From NCBI GenBank assembly GCA_001775095.1, contig MFCA01000022.1, positions 2,162-66,161 of the forward strand: a DNA stretch of 64,000 nucleotides, given 5' to 3'. Numbering within the stretch: position 1 is the stretch's first letter; the number at the start of each line of letters is the position of its first letter. The position numbers and the translations under genes were made by a program. The notes beneath the pieces were generated by a model. That model was given only the letters and a program-made list of their open reading frames with translations, was not told the origin of the DNA and did no database searches. This DNA comes from Candidatus Curtissbacteria bacterium RIFOXYA1_FULL_41_14 (GTDB lineage Bacteria > Patescibacteriota > Microgenomatia > Curtissbacterales > GWA2-41-24). Of this stretch, positions 45,663 through 54,139 are shown piece after piece.

Positions 45663-46433
45663 ATGTTATTTAAAGTCATTTTTGAGGATGAGCAGATTTT
45701 GGTCGTTGATAAGCCGGCGGGATTGGTTGTTAATCGGTCAGAAACGAACAGGCAAGAAACGCTTCAGGATCAGCTTGTCGATTATTTTAAATTGGGTCAT
45801 GATTTGGGAATAGGTGACCGGGCTGGAATTGTCCATCGGCTGGATCGGGAAACATCCGGAGTGTTGGTAGTTGCCAAGACCCAAAAGGCATTTGATTTTC
45901 TGCAGAAACAGTTTAAAGACAGAAAAATTAAAAAAGAATATGTTGCCTTAGTTCATGGTTTTGTTAAAGAAAAGACCGGATCAGTAGTCGGTGACATTGG
46001 ACGGATCGGCAGATTTGGCAAATTCGGAGTCGTGGATGAGGGAAGAGAGTCAAGGACTGACTATGAAGTTCAAGAGTATTACCAGCATCGTCTTTTAGGG
46101 GTCGGACCTCTGCAGGAACTTACAAAGTCGAGGGTTCGATATTTGCAAAATCACGCCAAAGACTATACTTTACTTCATCTTTTTCCCAAGACAGGCCGGA
46201 CCCATCAGGTGAGAGTCCATCTTAAAAGTATCGGTCATTCGGTCGTGTCGGATACCCTGTATGCACCGGCCAAACTTTTAAAATTTGATAAGACTTGGTG
46301 TCCTCGGCTTTTCCTTCACGCCCAAAAAATCGAATTTGAGAACTTAAAACACAGGCAGGTTGTTTTTGAAGCGCAACTACCTTATGATTTAATTAAAGCG
46401 CAAGCTAACTTGAATCTACTGCCCGATGTTTGA
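45663..46433 (+). CDS. RluA-family pseudouridine synthase (RluD-like). The ORF is open from the ATG at 45642, inside the hairpin repeat, but GGAGG precedes the ATG at 45663.
   Basis: ILVVDKPAGL and HRLDRETSGVLVVAKT motifs. Confidence 0.65.
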   Translation: MLFKVIFEDEQILVVDKPAGLVVNRSETNRQETLQDQLVDYFKLGHDLGIGDRAGIVHRLDRETSGVLVVAKTQKAFDFLQKQFKDRKIKKEYVALVHGFVKEKTGSVVGDIGRIGRFGKFGVVDEGRESRTDYEVQEYYQHRLLGVGPLQELTKSRVRYLQNHAKDYTLLHLFPKTGRTHQVRVHLKSIGHSVVSDTLYAPAKLLKFDKTWCPRLFLHAQKIEFENLKHRQVVFEAQLPYDLIKAQANLNLLPDV

Positions 46434-48147
46434 CTTATCCGAAAGAATATATTTCGTTCTAGCGACAATCTTGATTATTGCCGCCGGAATCGGAATCATT
46501 TCGTCGCTTTTCTCCCAACCTTTGATACTAGCCTACATTCTTTCGGGAGCAGTAATCGGTTTCTTGTCCTCCAATTTCGTGGCTATTCCAACTCCAGCAG
46601 AAACATTTGGCTTTTTTTCTCAAATTGGCATTGCCCTTATCCTTTTTATGGTAGGGATCGAACTTTCAATTAGCGAGTTGAAAAATATTGGGAAGCCGGT
46701 TTTTTTAGCAACACTGTTCCATGCTCTGATAATCGGAACGAGTGCATTTATCCTCTCTTTAATTTTTGATTTTGGAATTTTAGCTTCCTTTTATATTGCC
46801 GTGGCCATAATTTTTTCTTCGACTGTGATCGTTATAAAACTTCTCGATCAGCAGAGGGATACAAACTCACTTTACGGCAAAATTACTATTGGTATTTTAC
46901 TTCTGCAGGATTTATTTGCGGTTATTATTTTGATGTTTCTTGCGGGTATTGGTCCTAAGGGAGTGCCTTTTAACTTTCTAAATTTAGTTCTTACCTTTAT
47001 AAAAGGAGGGCTATTGGTAGGAGCAATATGGTTTATTTCAAAGTTCGCCCTAAGGCGGATATTTGCTTATGTTGCTTCAAATTCAGAACTCCTTTTTTTA
47101 TGTACCATGGCTTGGGCCCTAGGTGTTTCCAGTATTTTTAAATTTTCAGGCTTTTCATTCGAGATAGGAGCTTTTTTATCGGGGGTGGCTCTAGCAAATT
47201 TGCCATATCGATATTCTATATCTGCAAGAATCGCACCGATTAGGGATTTTTTCATCATAATCTTTTTTATAGTATTGGGCTTGTCTATTGACTTTGCCGC
47301 TATTAAGAACATGTTTTGGCCGATTGCTGTTTTTTCAGTTTTCGTTTTAACTGTAACCCCGGTAGTGGTTGCTAATTATCTTGGATATTTAGGATTTGGT
47401 AAACGGGTGGCTTTTTTGTCAGGACTGTCACTAGCCCAAGTTTCCGAATTTTCCTTAATTATTGTGGTCGTTGGAGCGAATCTTGGTCATATAAGCGGCG
47501 AAATTGTTTCTTTTATTTCCTCTGTAGCTATTTTCACGATTGCTGCCTCTTCTTATTTGATAATTAACGGCGGCAAAATTTACAGGGTCCTTCGCAGTCG
47601 AATCAAGATTATTGAGAGAAATAAAGTTGCAATCGGAAATATTTCGGAAAAAGATCTGGAAAATCATCTGCTGCTTGTTGGCGCGGAGCAGATGGGTAGT
47701 GATATCTTGGACTATTTAAAAAATAAAGCTAAGGATACAGGGCAAAGTGTTGTAGTGGTTGACTTTAATCCGCAGATTGTCGAAAGTCTGGTAGCCGGTA
47801 ATTTTAATGTAGTTTTTGGAGATATTTCTGATCCGGAAATTTTAGAACAGTTAAATTTGGCTCGCGCAAAGTTAATAATAACGACTGTCCCTGATCTTGT
47901 GGACAACACCAATCTTATAAAGTTCGCAAAAGAAGAAGGCTATACAGGGCCGATTATCTGCGCGTCATACTGGCTTCATGACGCGGTTAAACTGTATGAA
48001 GCGGGAGCTGATTTGGTAGTGGTGCCTGAAGATGTGGGTGGCAAGCATGTTGCCAGAGTTCTTTCAGATCATTGGGATAATTTAAAGGCAATTAAAAAGG
48101 CGAAAAGTAAACGTTTTGAAGAACTAATCTCCCGCAAAATATTTTAA
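46426..48147 (+). CDS. CPA2-family cation:proton antiporter with a C-terminal TrkA-N/RCK NAD-binding domain
   Basis: About 12 TM helices with a Na_H-exchanger-like pattern. C-terminal LLLVGAEQMGSDI Rossmann. Confidence 0.7.
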   Translation: MFDLSERIYFVLATILIIAAGIGIISSLFSQPLILAYILSGAVIGFLSSNFVAIPTPAETFGFFSQIGIALILFMVGIELSISELKNIGKPVFLATLFHALIIGTSAFILSLIFDFGILASFYIAVAIIFSSTVIVIKLLDQQRDTNSLYGKITIGILLLQDLFAVIILMFLAGIGPKGVPFNFLNLVLTFIKGGLLVGAIWFISKFALRRIFAYVASNSELLFLCTMAWALGVSSIFKFSGFSFEIGAFLSGVALANLPYRYSISARIAPIRDFFIIIFFIVLGLSIDFAAIKNMFWPIAVFSVFVLTVTPVVVANYLGYLGFGKRVAFLSGLSLAQVSEFSLIIVVVGANLGHISGEIVSFISSVAIFTIAASSYLIINGGKIYRVLRSRIKIIERNKVAIGNISEKDLENHLLLVGAEQMGSDILDYLKNKAKDTGQSVVVVDFNPQIVESLVAGNFNVVFGDISDPEILEQLNLARAKLIITTVPDLVDNTNLIKFAKEEGYTGPIICASYWLHDAVKLYEAGADLVVVPEDVGGKHVARVLSDHWDNLKAIKKAKSKRFEELISRKIF

Positions 48148-48188
48148 GCCAGTGTGTTAAAATTTAAGAAAAGAGGTGTTTTTGCCAA

Positions 48189-48338
48189 ATGGGTAATTTC
48201 GGAGGATTCTATATCAGCAGGTCGCCTCGGTACAGTCCTTCGACTGCGCTCAGGACTTCATGCCGATGGCGCTTTTCTGATATAAAATTATTGTATTCGC
48301 ACATGGATATTCATAAAAAATATGAAGTAGGAGAGTAA
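48189..48338 (+). CDS. 49-aa upstream stub ORF beginning MGNFGGFYISR. It mimics the N-terminus of the next gene (MGTYGGFYKGE), reads through a repeat element and stops 3 nt before that gene's ATG.
   Basis: Read directly. AAGAGGTG upstream. TAA at 48336-48338. Confidence 0.4.
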   Translation: MGNFGGFYISRSPRYSPSTALRTSCRWRFSDIKLLYSHMDIHKKYEVGE

Positions 48339-48341
48339 CTA

Positions 48342-48479
48342 ATGGGTACTTACGGTGGATTTTATAAAGGGGAGCGTAAGAAACTAAAAAAAGAGGTTTT
48401 GGAAAAAAAGGCTGCAAAAATAAAGCGGATTGCAACAATTCCTCAAGTAGAAATCCTCGGTAAAAAAGGGAAGTAAGTT
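48342..48479 (+). CDS. 45-aa lysine-rich small protein MGTYGGFYKGERKKLKKEVLEKKAAKIKRIATIPQVEILGKKGK
   Basis: Short ORF with AGGAGA 7 nt upstream. Not in the supplied ORF track because it is under 60 aa. Confidence 0.35.
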
Positions 48480-48534
48480 GTCAGATCTTGACTAAATTTC
48501 CAAGGGCAGATTGCTAAGTTGAAGAGAAAGTTCA

Positions 48535-49521
48535 ATGACCACATATCCTGCTTGGAAAAAACGTCAGGTGCAAGCGAAATGGCGAAATTTGGTGGCTTTT
48601 TTTATTACGCTCACTCTGGTTTTGGCACTTTTAAATGGACTTTCTAAATCTCTTTCCCTAAATAAGTATTTTGGAAAGTCCAACTGGGATAGTAAATCTT
48701 CTTTTGTAGCAGCACTGTCAACAACACCGATTTCTCTTTTGGTTGTTCAAAAAGACCCAAAAAGGATTGTTTTTTTGACGCTTTCTGAAGAGACATATTT
48801 AACAACCGGTGAGAGTGAGGAACCGATTGTCAAACTCTCTTCACTTGTTGGAAAAGGCGAAGGAGAGCAACTTTCAAAGATATTGACGGTTGCTTACAGG
48901 ACTTATATTGGTAGCTATGTGGTTTTTAAAAAGGATCAAAAAATAGATAAGGATATGGTTCAAAAATGGTTTAAACAATATGCGTCTTTACTTACTCCTT
49001 TTGCTATTTTGACTGGTGGTATAAATGGTGAAGTTATGAACACTAATATTACTCGTATTGACCAGTTTAAATTGTGGTGGCAAGTTAAAGGGATTAGTCT
49101 TAAAAATGTGGATTTGGTTGATCTTTCACAATATAGAGAGGAAATGCTTGTCTTTGATAACCAAAAAGTTCTAGGTGTTGATGGTGTTGTCTTGCACCAG
49201 GTAATAAAAAAATATTTGGGAAATTTAGAGATTGAGAAAGAAAATTTAAAAGTTTTAATTACTAATTCAACAGGTGTACCGGGGGCAGGGCAGTTGGCTG
49301 CGGATTTTGTTACCAGTGTTGGCGGCAGCGTGGTCGAGGTTGACACCTCTTCTAGTAACCTAAGTAAAACCTTTATTCAAACTGAGGATAAGAATAGCTA
49401 CAGCGCAAAATATTTGGCAAAAATGTTTGATTGTGGTATAAATGGCGCGCCAGAAGGTGGGGAAGGAGCTGATATTACTCTAGTAATTGGGCAAGATTTT
49501 ACCGCTAGATACTTCAAATGA
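48535..49521 (+). CDS. Membrane-anchored protein with a LytR_C-like C-terminal domain
   Basis: N-terminal TM. VLITNSTGVPGAGQLAADFVTSVGGSVVEVDTS resembles the LytR C-terminal domain. Confidence 0.4.
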   Translation: MTTYPAWKKRQVQAKWRNLVAFFITLTLVLALLNGLSKSLSLNKYFGKSNWDSKSSFVAALSTTPISLLVVQKDPKRIVFLTLSEETYLTTGESEEPIVKLSSLVGKGEGEQLSKILTVAYRTYIGSYVVFKKDQKIDKDMVQKWFKQYASLLTPFAILTGGINGEVMNTNITRIDQFKLWWQVKGISLKNVDLVDLSQYREEMLVFDNQKVLGVDGVVLHQVIKKYLGNLEIEKENLKVLITNSTGVPGAGQLAADFVTSVGGSVVEVDTSSSNLSKTFIQTEDKNSYSAKYLAKMFDCGINGAPEGGEGADITLVIGQDFTARYFK

Positions 49522-49895
49522 TAATCTTCGTAGTTTTAGGGATTTTTATACTACTTGTTTCGTTTATTGTTGCTTTTGCTTCTTTAATTTATGAGCAGAA
49601 GAGAAACATCGAGGTCAAAGAAGACCTGGAACCTATAAAGGACAGCGGAGTAAACCAGGAACAGGTGGATCGTGCAGTAGTTTCTGATGTATCTGGTACA
49701 AGCGATATTAAAAGAGTCGAGACTTTTGAAGAAGACCGTCTAAAAACAGCAGCCACAGAAATCTTTCCATGGGAACAAGACAAAGCTAATACACCTGCTC
49801 CAAGGCAGGATTTCGTTACGTTCCCCGAAAAAACAAAACCGGTACAAAGATTGAATGGGGTAATTTCTGTCAAGGATATGCTTAGTAAATCTTAG
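49518..49895 (+). CDS. Hypothetical N-terminally anchored protein
   Basis: N-terminal TM, otherwise no motif. Confidence 0.3.
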   Translation: MIIFVVLGIFILLVSFIVAFASLIYEQKRNIEVKEDLEPIKDSGVNQEQVDRAVVSDVSGTSDIKRVETFEEDRLKTAATEIFPWEQDKANTPAPRQDFVTFPEKTKPVQRLNGVISVKDMLSKS

Positions 49896-49896
49896 C

Positions 49897-50574
49897 CTAG
49901 TCTTCCGAATAAGGGTTCTGATTTTCCAGAAATGAGGGTTGATTAAAAAACTTCGCTGAGCGGTAAGCTTCCCTTATAAAAACAGTTAAAGTTTTTGAAC
50001 TTACGCACTTTATATAAGTTTCATATTTATTGCCGCCTGCAATATAAGTAAGAAGTTTGTGGGCTAAATCGTCAGGCAGTGCACCCAAATACATCCCATC
50101 GCTAGCCATTACCGTCACTGCATGTTTTTTGAGGTTTAAAAACATCTGGTCCCCGCAATTAAATGAACAGAGAACTGCTGGAGGGGCCAGATTTATAAGA
50201 TTAACTATTTTCGTCTTGCCAGGTTCAAAAAGAAAGATATTGGAAAGGTTTGTGCTTTCCCTGGGACTGTTACTGTTTGAGTGGCCGTTTTGCTTGGTAA
50301 CCTTTTCCAGATTTTTGCGGGCGATTATATTATAAGGATCTATTTGGAGAATCTGTTTGTAAATTTTTTGAGCTTTTACCTTTTCTCCCAGACAAGTGTA
50401 GGCATAGGCCAGACGATTAAGAGCGTCAACCTCGCTTGAGGCTATCTGGAGAATTTTTTTGTTAATTCTTATAGCCTCGTTCCAGTTTGCACAAAGGGCG
50501 ACTTTTATAGCCAGTTGAGCCAGAGTTTCCTTATCAGCAATGTTTTGCCAAGTTACGGATGCTACTTGTGGCAT
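49897..50574 (-). CDS. TPR-repeat protein
   Basis: Three TPR-like units, including LNRLAYAYTCLGEKVKAQKIYKQILQIDPYN. Confidence 0.5.
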   Translation of the reverse strand: MPQVASVTWQNIADKETLAQLAIKVALCANWNEAIRINKKILQIASSEVDALNRLAYAYTCLGEKVKAQKIYKQILQIDPYNIIARKNLEKVTKQNGHSNSNSPRESTNLSNIFLFEPGKTKIVNLINLAPPAVLCSFNCGDQMFLNLKKHAVTVMASDGMYLGALPDDLAHKLLTYIAGGNKYETYIKCVSSKTLTVFIREAYRSAKFFNQPSFLENQNPYSED

Positions 50575-50731
50575 GGAACTAAATTAGATAAAAGGGGAAT
50601 GGAAGTCAATGGGTGAAAATTCTGAGACATTATTGAGAAAATTGAGTACTCAAGGTGTTCAAAGAGGTTTTTTTAAAAAAAATTTTCAAAAAGCTTGACT
50701 TTCAAGTTTTAGAAGAGTATATTTTTCGATC

Positions 50732-51625
50732 ATGGAGAGACCTATAGGTGACCAAACCCAATTTGTCCCAAGCGTGACTTTTGAAAACCTATATGGTGAT
50801 AGTAGACTAGCCCTTGACGCTTTAGAAAAAGATCTAGGAAGAGGGATTAAAGAAACACAAAAACTAAACGCTGACTGGGCCGAAGACCAGCTAAGAGTCT
50901 TAAGAAAAGATCGCAGAGAACCCTTATTGGATATTTTGCTGGTTGATGAAAATGGTCAGATACTCAGGGCTATTTCTACATACTGGTCATACGCACGCAA
51001 TGCGCAACTTGCTTTATCTCCTACCGATTTAGCCCAGTTCACTGTAAAGAATAAAAAAATAGTTTATCCGTTAGTACCCCAAAATGATTCTGCACTTTTC
51101 TGGTTGGCTAGGGATGAAGGTAGGGTTCAATCAGCATTACAAAAATATTTTGGTGAAGTAGAAGTGGGGGATTATTTAGCAGCTCATCCAGCTGCAAGTG
51201 AAATGACTGGGTCTGTTAGACTAGCATGGGTACAAAAAGGAAGGGCTGGCAAAAGTAAGTTTGCAGATGAAGGTATAATTTTTGGCAATTTGGGTTTCTG
51301 GGTGAATCGAAAGCTCAGACTTGGCAATTCTGGACCTGGTATATATGTTCAAAGAGTCCGTTTTGATGACTCAAGGTTGCTCCCAGAAGATACGTATATC
51401 TCGCCGTTAGATCCAACGCAAGTTAACAAACGTGGTGGAAAGGTGATGGAAGACAAATATCCTAATGTGAGAGTGATTAGGGTAGATCCAGTATTATCAA
51501 AGCATGACTTTATTCCACTTGCACTAAATTCTTCTCCGAATTCTGAATATCCAGTTGTACTTAGTTATACAACTGCAAGACCATGGCTTGACTGGGTGCC
51601 CAAGCATGGGGGCGTAAGTTCTTAA
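50732..51625 (+). CDS. Hypothetical protein (no recognisable family)
   Basis: Long ORF with coding-like composition. Appears somewhat GC-richer than its surroundings by eye. Confidence 0.35.
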   Translation: MERPIGDQTQFVPSVTFENLYGDSRLALDALEKDLGRGIKETQKLNADWAEDQLRVLRKDRREPLLDILLVDENGQILRAISTYWSYARNAQLALSPTDLAQFTVKNKKIVYPLVPQNDSALFWLARDEGRVQSALQKYFGEVEVGDYLAAHPAASEMTGSVRLAWVQKGRAGKSKFADEGIIFGNLGFWVNRKLRLGNSGPGIYVQRVRFDDSRLLPEDTYISPLDPTQVNKRGGKVMEDKYPNVRVIRVDPVLSKHDFIPLALNSSPNSEYPVVLSYTTARPWLDWVPKHGGVSS

Positions 51626-51707
51626 CTTTGACCGGGTCCCATACTATCAGGGATCCAACCCCTAAGACATTTGCTTTTCTAATCACCAGAGTGTATATTC
51701 CCAGACT

Positions 51708-52865
51708 ATGAGTGCGGAGAGAGTGTTTGTTCCATATGAGGAGAGAGTTGCCACTGTTGTTGGCCGTAAAGGAGCTCTAGGGAGTAGAGTATTTCCATGC
51801 TACCAAGAAGCAGGCTTTAGAGAGGTTCATGGTTGTGAGCAAGGTGATCCCTTTTTAGATTTTGTTAACCGATCGACTGATTTATTTCTAGCTGTTGACG
51901 ATGCAGAGGTAATCTCTCTTTTAGAAATTGCCAAATTCCATTTAGGCCCCCAACATACAATTCTTGACGGTGCAAGCAATAAAAGCAATGCAATCGATAT
52001 TTACCTTGATGTAGATAGCAGAGGAGCAAGTGTTTGTCCGACACATCTCGGCGCCAGGCCAGACCATCCCTGGCAAGGTATGAAATTTTGGTTATGTCGG
52101 GTTGGTCAGAATTGCGAAAGAGGGATTCGCACAGGGATGGATTTATTTATAGCAAGGAATGTGGCAATAGATGTAATCGATGTTGAAGAGCATCAAAAGA
52201 TAGAAATAGATCAATGTGTAACTTTTTTAACTGCTTATGTTGTTTCTGAAACACTTCGAAGTTTGGGGATTCCTCTTAAAGAATTCGATTGTTTCGCAAC
52301 CTTAAATGCAGAATTTTTAGCGCTGCTTGCCGGAAGAACACAAGGCCAAGGGGTTAAGGTTCCTTCAGAAGTCTTATTCCGACAAGATAGAAAGTTTGAA
52401 ATAATCGGGGCGCTACAAGCGGCCTTAGAAAGATTAAAGCAAGCTTTATCTGATAGGGAAGAATTAGAGAAATTGATGCAAACAAATATCGATTATCATG
52501 ACAACCCCGAAGGATTAATTGGCCAATTATTCAGAAAAGCGGGAATAGTAGGGTCAAGAAACGCCAATCTTAGAATGTGTAGTTTAAGCTTCAGAATAAC
52601 CAGGGATAGGCCGGGGAAACTGAGGGATGTTCTCAAGCCATTTTTTGTGGAAGATGTTAACTTGACTGCAATTGATTCAATGCAGGGTGAAATTACTGAA
52701 GAAGAAAGACTAAGAGGTGTCGATCCAGACGGGATTATCGACTTTGACATTGGTGTTAATCCCAAAACAATCAATCCAGAAAAGGCTCGCAGGATAAAAG
52801 AAACACTGTGGGCAATGGGCTGTCAGGTTGCGGATTTTCCCTTTGACAAAGAAAATTCACAATAG
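51708..52865 (+). CDS. Prephenate/arogenate-dehydrogenase-like protein with a C-terminal ACT domain (tentative)
   Basis: N-terminal Rossmann VVGRKGALGS. A HPWQG region resembling TyrA HPMAG. C-terminal ACT-like LSFRITRDRPGKLRDVLKPF. Confidence 0.4.
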   Translation: MSAERVFVPYEERVATVVGRKGALGSRVFPCYQEAGFREVHGCEQGDPFLDFVNRSTDLFLAVDDAEVISLLEIAKFHLGPQHTILDGASNKSNAIDIYLDVDSRGASVCPTHLGARPDHPWQGMKFWLCRVGQNCERGIRTGMDLFIARNVAIDVIDVEEHQKIEIDQCVTFLTAYVVSETLRSLGIPLKEFDCFATLNAEFLALLAGRTQGQGVKVPSEVLFRQDRKFEIIGALQAALERLKQALSDREELEKLMQTNIDYHDNPEGLIGQLFRKAGIVGSRNANLRMCSLSFRITRDRPGKLRDVLKPFFVEDVNLTAIDSMQGEITEEERLRGVDPDGIIDFDIGVNPKTINPEKARRIKETLWAMGCQVADFPFDKENSQ

Positions 52866-52914
52866 AACTTCACAAAAAATTGACTAAATTCTATAATAGG
52901 CGCAAAGGAGTTTT

Positions 52915-53034
52915 ATGAGCGGACATTCGAAGTGGAGCCAAATATTAGCAGGTAGTCTTGGCACGCTTCGTCGTGCCAATGGCGCTCCTCTGATATTTGC
53001 GACCATAAGGAGGATTTCCTATGTCAGGTCATAG
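52915..53034 (+). CDS. 39-aa upstream stub ORF beginning MSGHSKWSQI, identical to the YebC N-terminus but with different synonymous codons. It reads through a repeat element and terminates 14 nt into yebC.
   Basis: Read directly. AAGGAG upstream. Stop TAG at 53032-53034. Confidence 0.45.
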   Translation: MSGHSKWSQILAGSLGTLRRANGAPLIFATIRRISYVRS

Positions 53035-53773
53035 TAAATGGTCGCAAATTAAAAGGCAAAAGGGAGTGGCGGATGTTAAACGCGGCCAGACATTTACCAA
53101 AATGGCTAACGCGATTACGATCGCCACAAGGGAAGGCGGAGGCGGTGATCCGGCAAGTAATTTTAAATTGAGGTTAGCTATTGATCAGGCCCACGCTGCC
53201 AATATGCCCAAAGAGAATATCCAGAGGGCGATTGACAGAGGTCTAGGCAAAGGTGGAGGAGCAGGGCAACTCGAATCTGTCGTTTATGAGGGCTACGGAC
53301 CTGGTAAAGTTGCATTAGTTATTGAAGCAACAACTGACAATAAAAATCGTACTACATCCGAAGTCAAAAATCTTATTGAAAGACTTGACGGTTCTTTTGT
53401 TTCTCCGGGGGCTATTTCCTGGATGTTTGCAGACCAGGGACAAATTACTGTCTCAAAAGAGGGTAAGAGTCTGGATGTGGTCTTTGACCTGGCAGCCGAG
53501 GCCGGAGCTGAGGATGTTGAAGAGGCCGGGGACGAGATTCTTGTCTATACAAAGCCACATGAAGTCGAAAGCGTAAAGAGTCAACTAGTTGAAAAAGGTT
53601 TGGTTGTCAAAAACGCTGAAATTTCTAAAGTTCCCACAACGACAGTTCAAGTAACCGACGCCGATATTGCCAGAAAAATTTTAAACCTGATGGAAAAATT
53701 AGAAGAACTGGACGATATCCAAAAAGTCTGGAGCAATTTCGATATTCCGGATGAGATTTTAGAAAAAGTTTGA
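53021..53773 (+). CDS. yebC: YebC/PmpR-family transcriptional regulator / translation factor
   Basis: MSGHSKWSQIKRQKGVADVKRGQTFTK is a canonical YebC N-terminus. Full length 250 aa. Confidence 0.85.
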   Translation: MSGHSKWSQIKRQKGVADVKRGQTFTKMANAITIATREGGGGDPASNFKLRLAIDQAHAANMPKENIQRAIDRGLGKGGGAGQLESVVYEGYGPGKVALVIEATTDNKNRTTSEVKNLIERLDGSFVSPGAISWMFADQGQITVSKEGKSLDVVFDLAAEAGAEDVEEAGDEILVYTKPHEVESVKSQLVEKGLVVKNAEISKVPTTTVQVTDADIARKILNLMEKLEELDDIQKVWSNFDIPDEILEKV

Positions 53774-53824
53774 AAACGTCATTCTGAGGCGGAGGCCGAG
53801 GAATCTTGATTAAATGGAGCCCGT

Positions 53825-54055
53825 TTATTCTGCGGATGACTTGTCTCGGTCGAGGGAACTGAGTCCTGGGCCAAAGTCTATATCATAGGCTTTTCCTTTT
53901 GTTACCAAACGTAAAACAACATTTCCACCCTGGTCTAAACCGAGCATTGACTCATGGTTAGCTGGAATCTCACTTCGAGGTTTAATGCTCCGGTTTACAC
54001 CGATGGAGCCCCCGTCTTCCACACTCATAATACGTTTATCATACTGTTGGTTCAT
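53825..54055 (-). CDS. Hypothetical small protein, divergent from the regulator gene
   Basis: ORF only. Confidence 0.2.
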   Translation of the reverse strand: MNQQYDKRIMSVEDGGSIGVNRSIKPRSEIPANHESMLGLDQGGNVVLRLVTKGKAYDIDFGPGLSSLDRDKSSAE

Positions 54056-54139
54056 GTTCCCTGCTTGACAGCCTCAAAACTTTAACCTGACAAAATACTG
54101 ACACCCCTTTTTGCTTGATGAGAAGCTCTTCCTGCCTGT

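Noticed and set aside
52916-53034. Simple long target-site duplication as the explanation for the duplicated yebC 5' end
   Set aside because: The two copies differ at 7 of 10 codons while encoding identical amino acids, including three Ser codon-family switches. A recent identical duplication cannot produce this, so the observation is kept as a finding rather than dismissed as a TSD.
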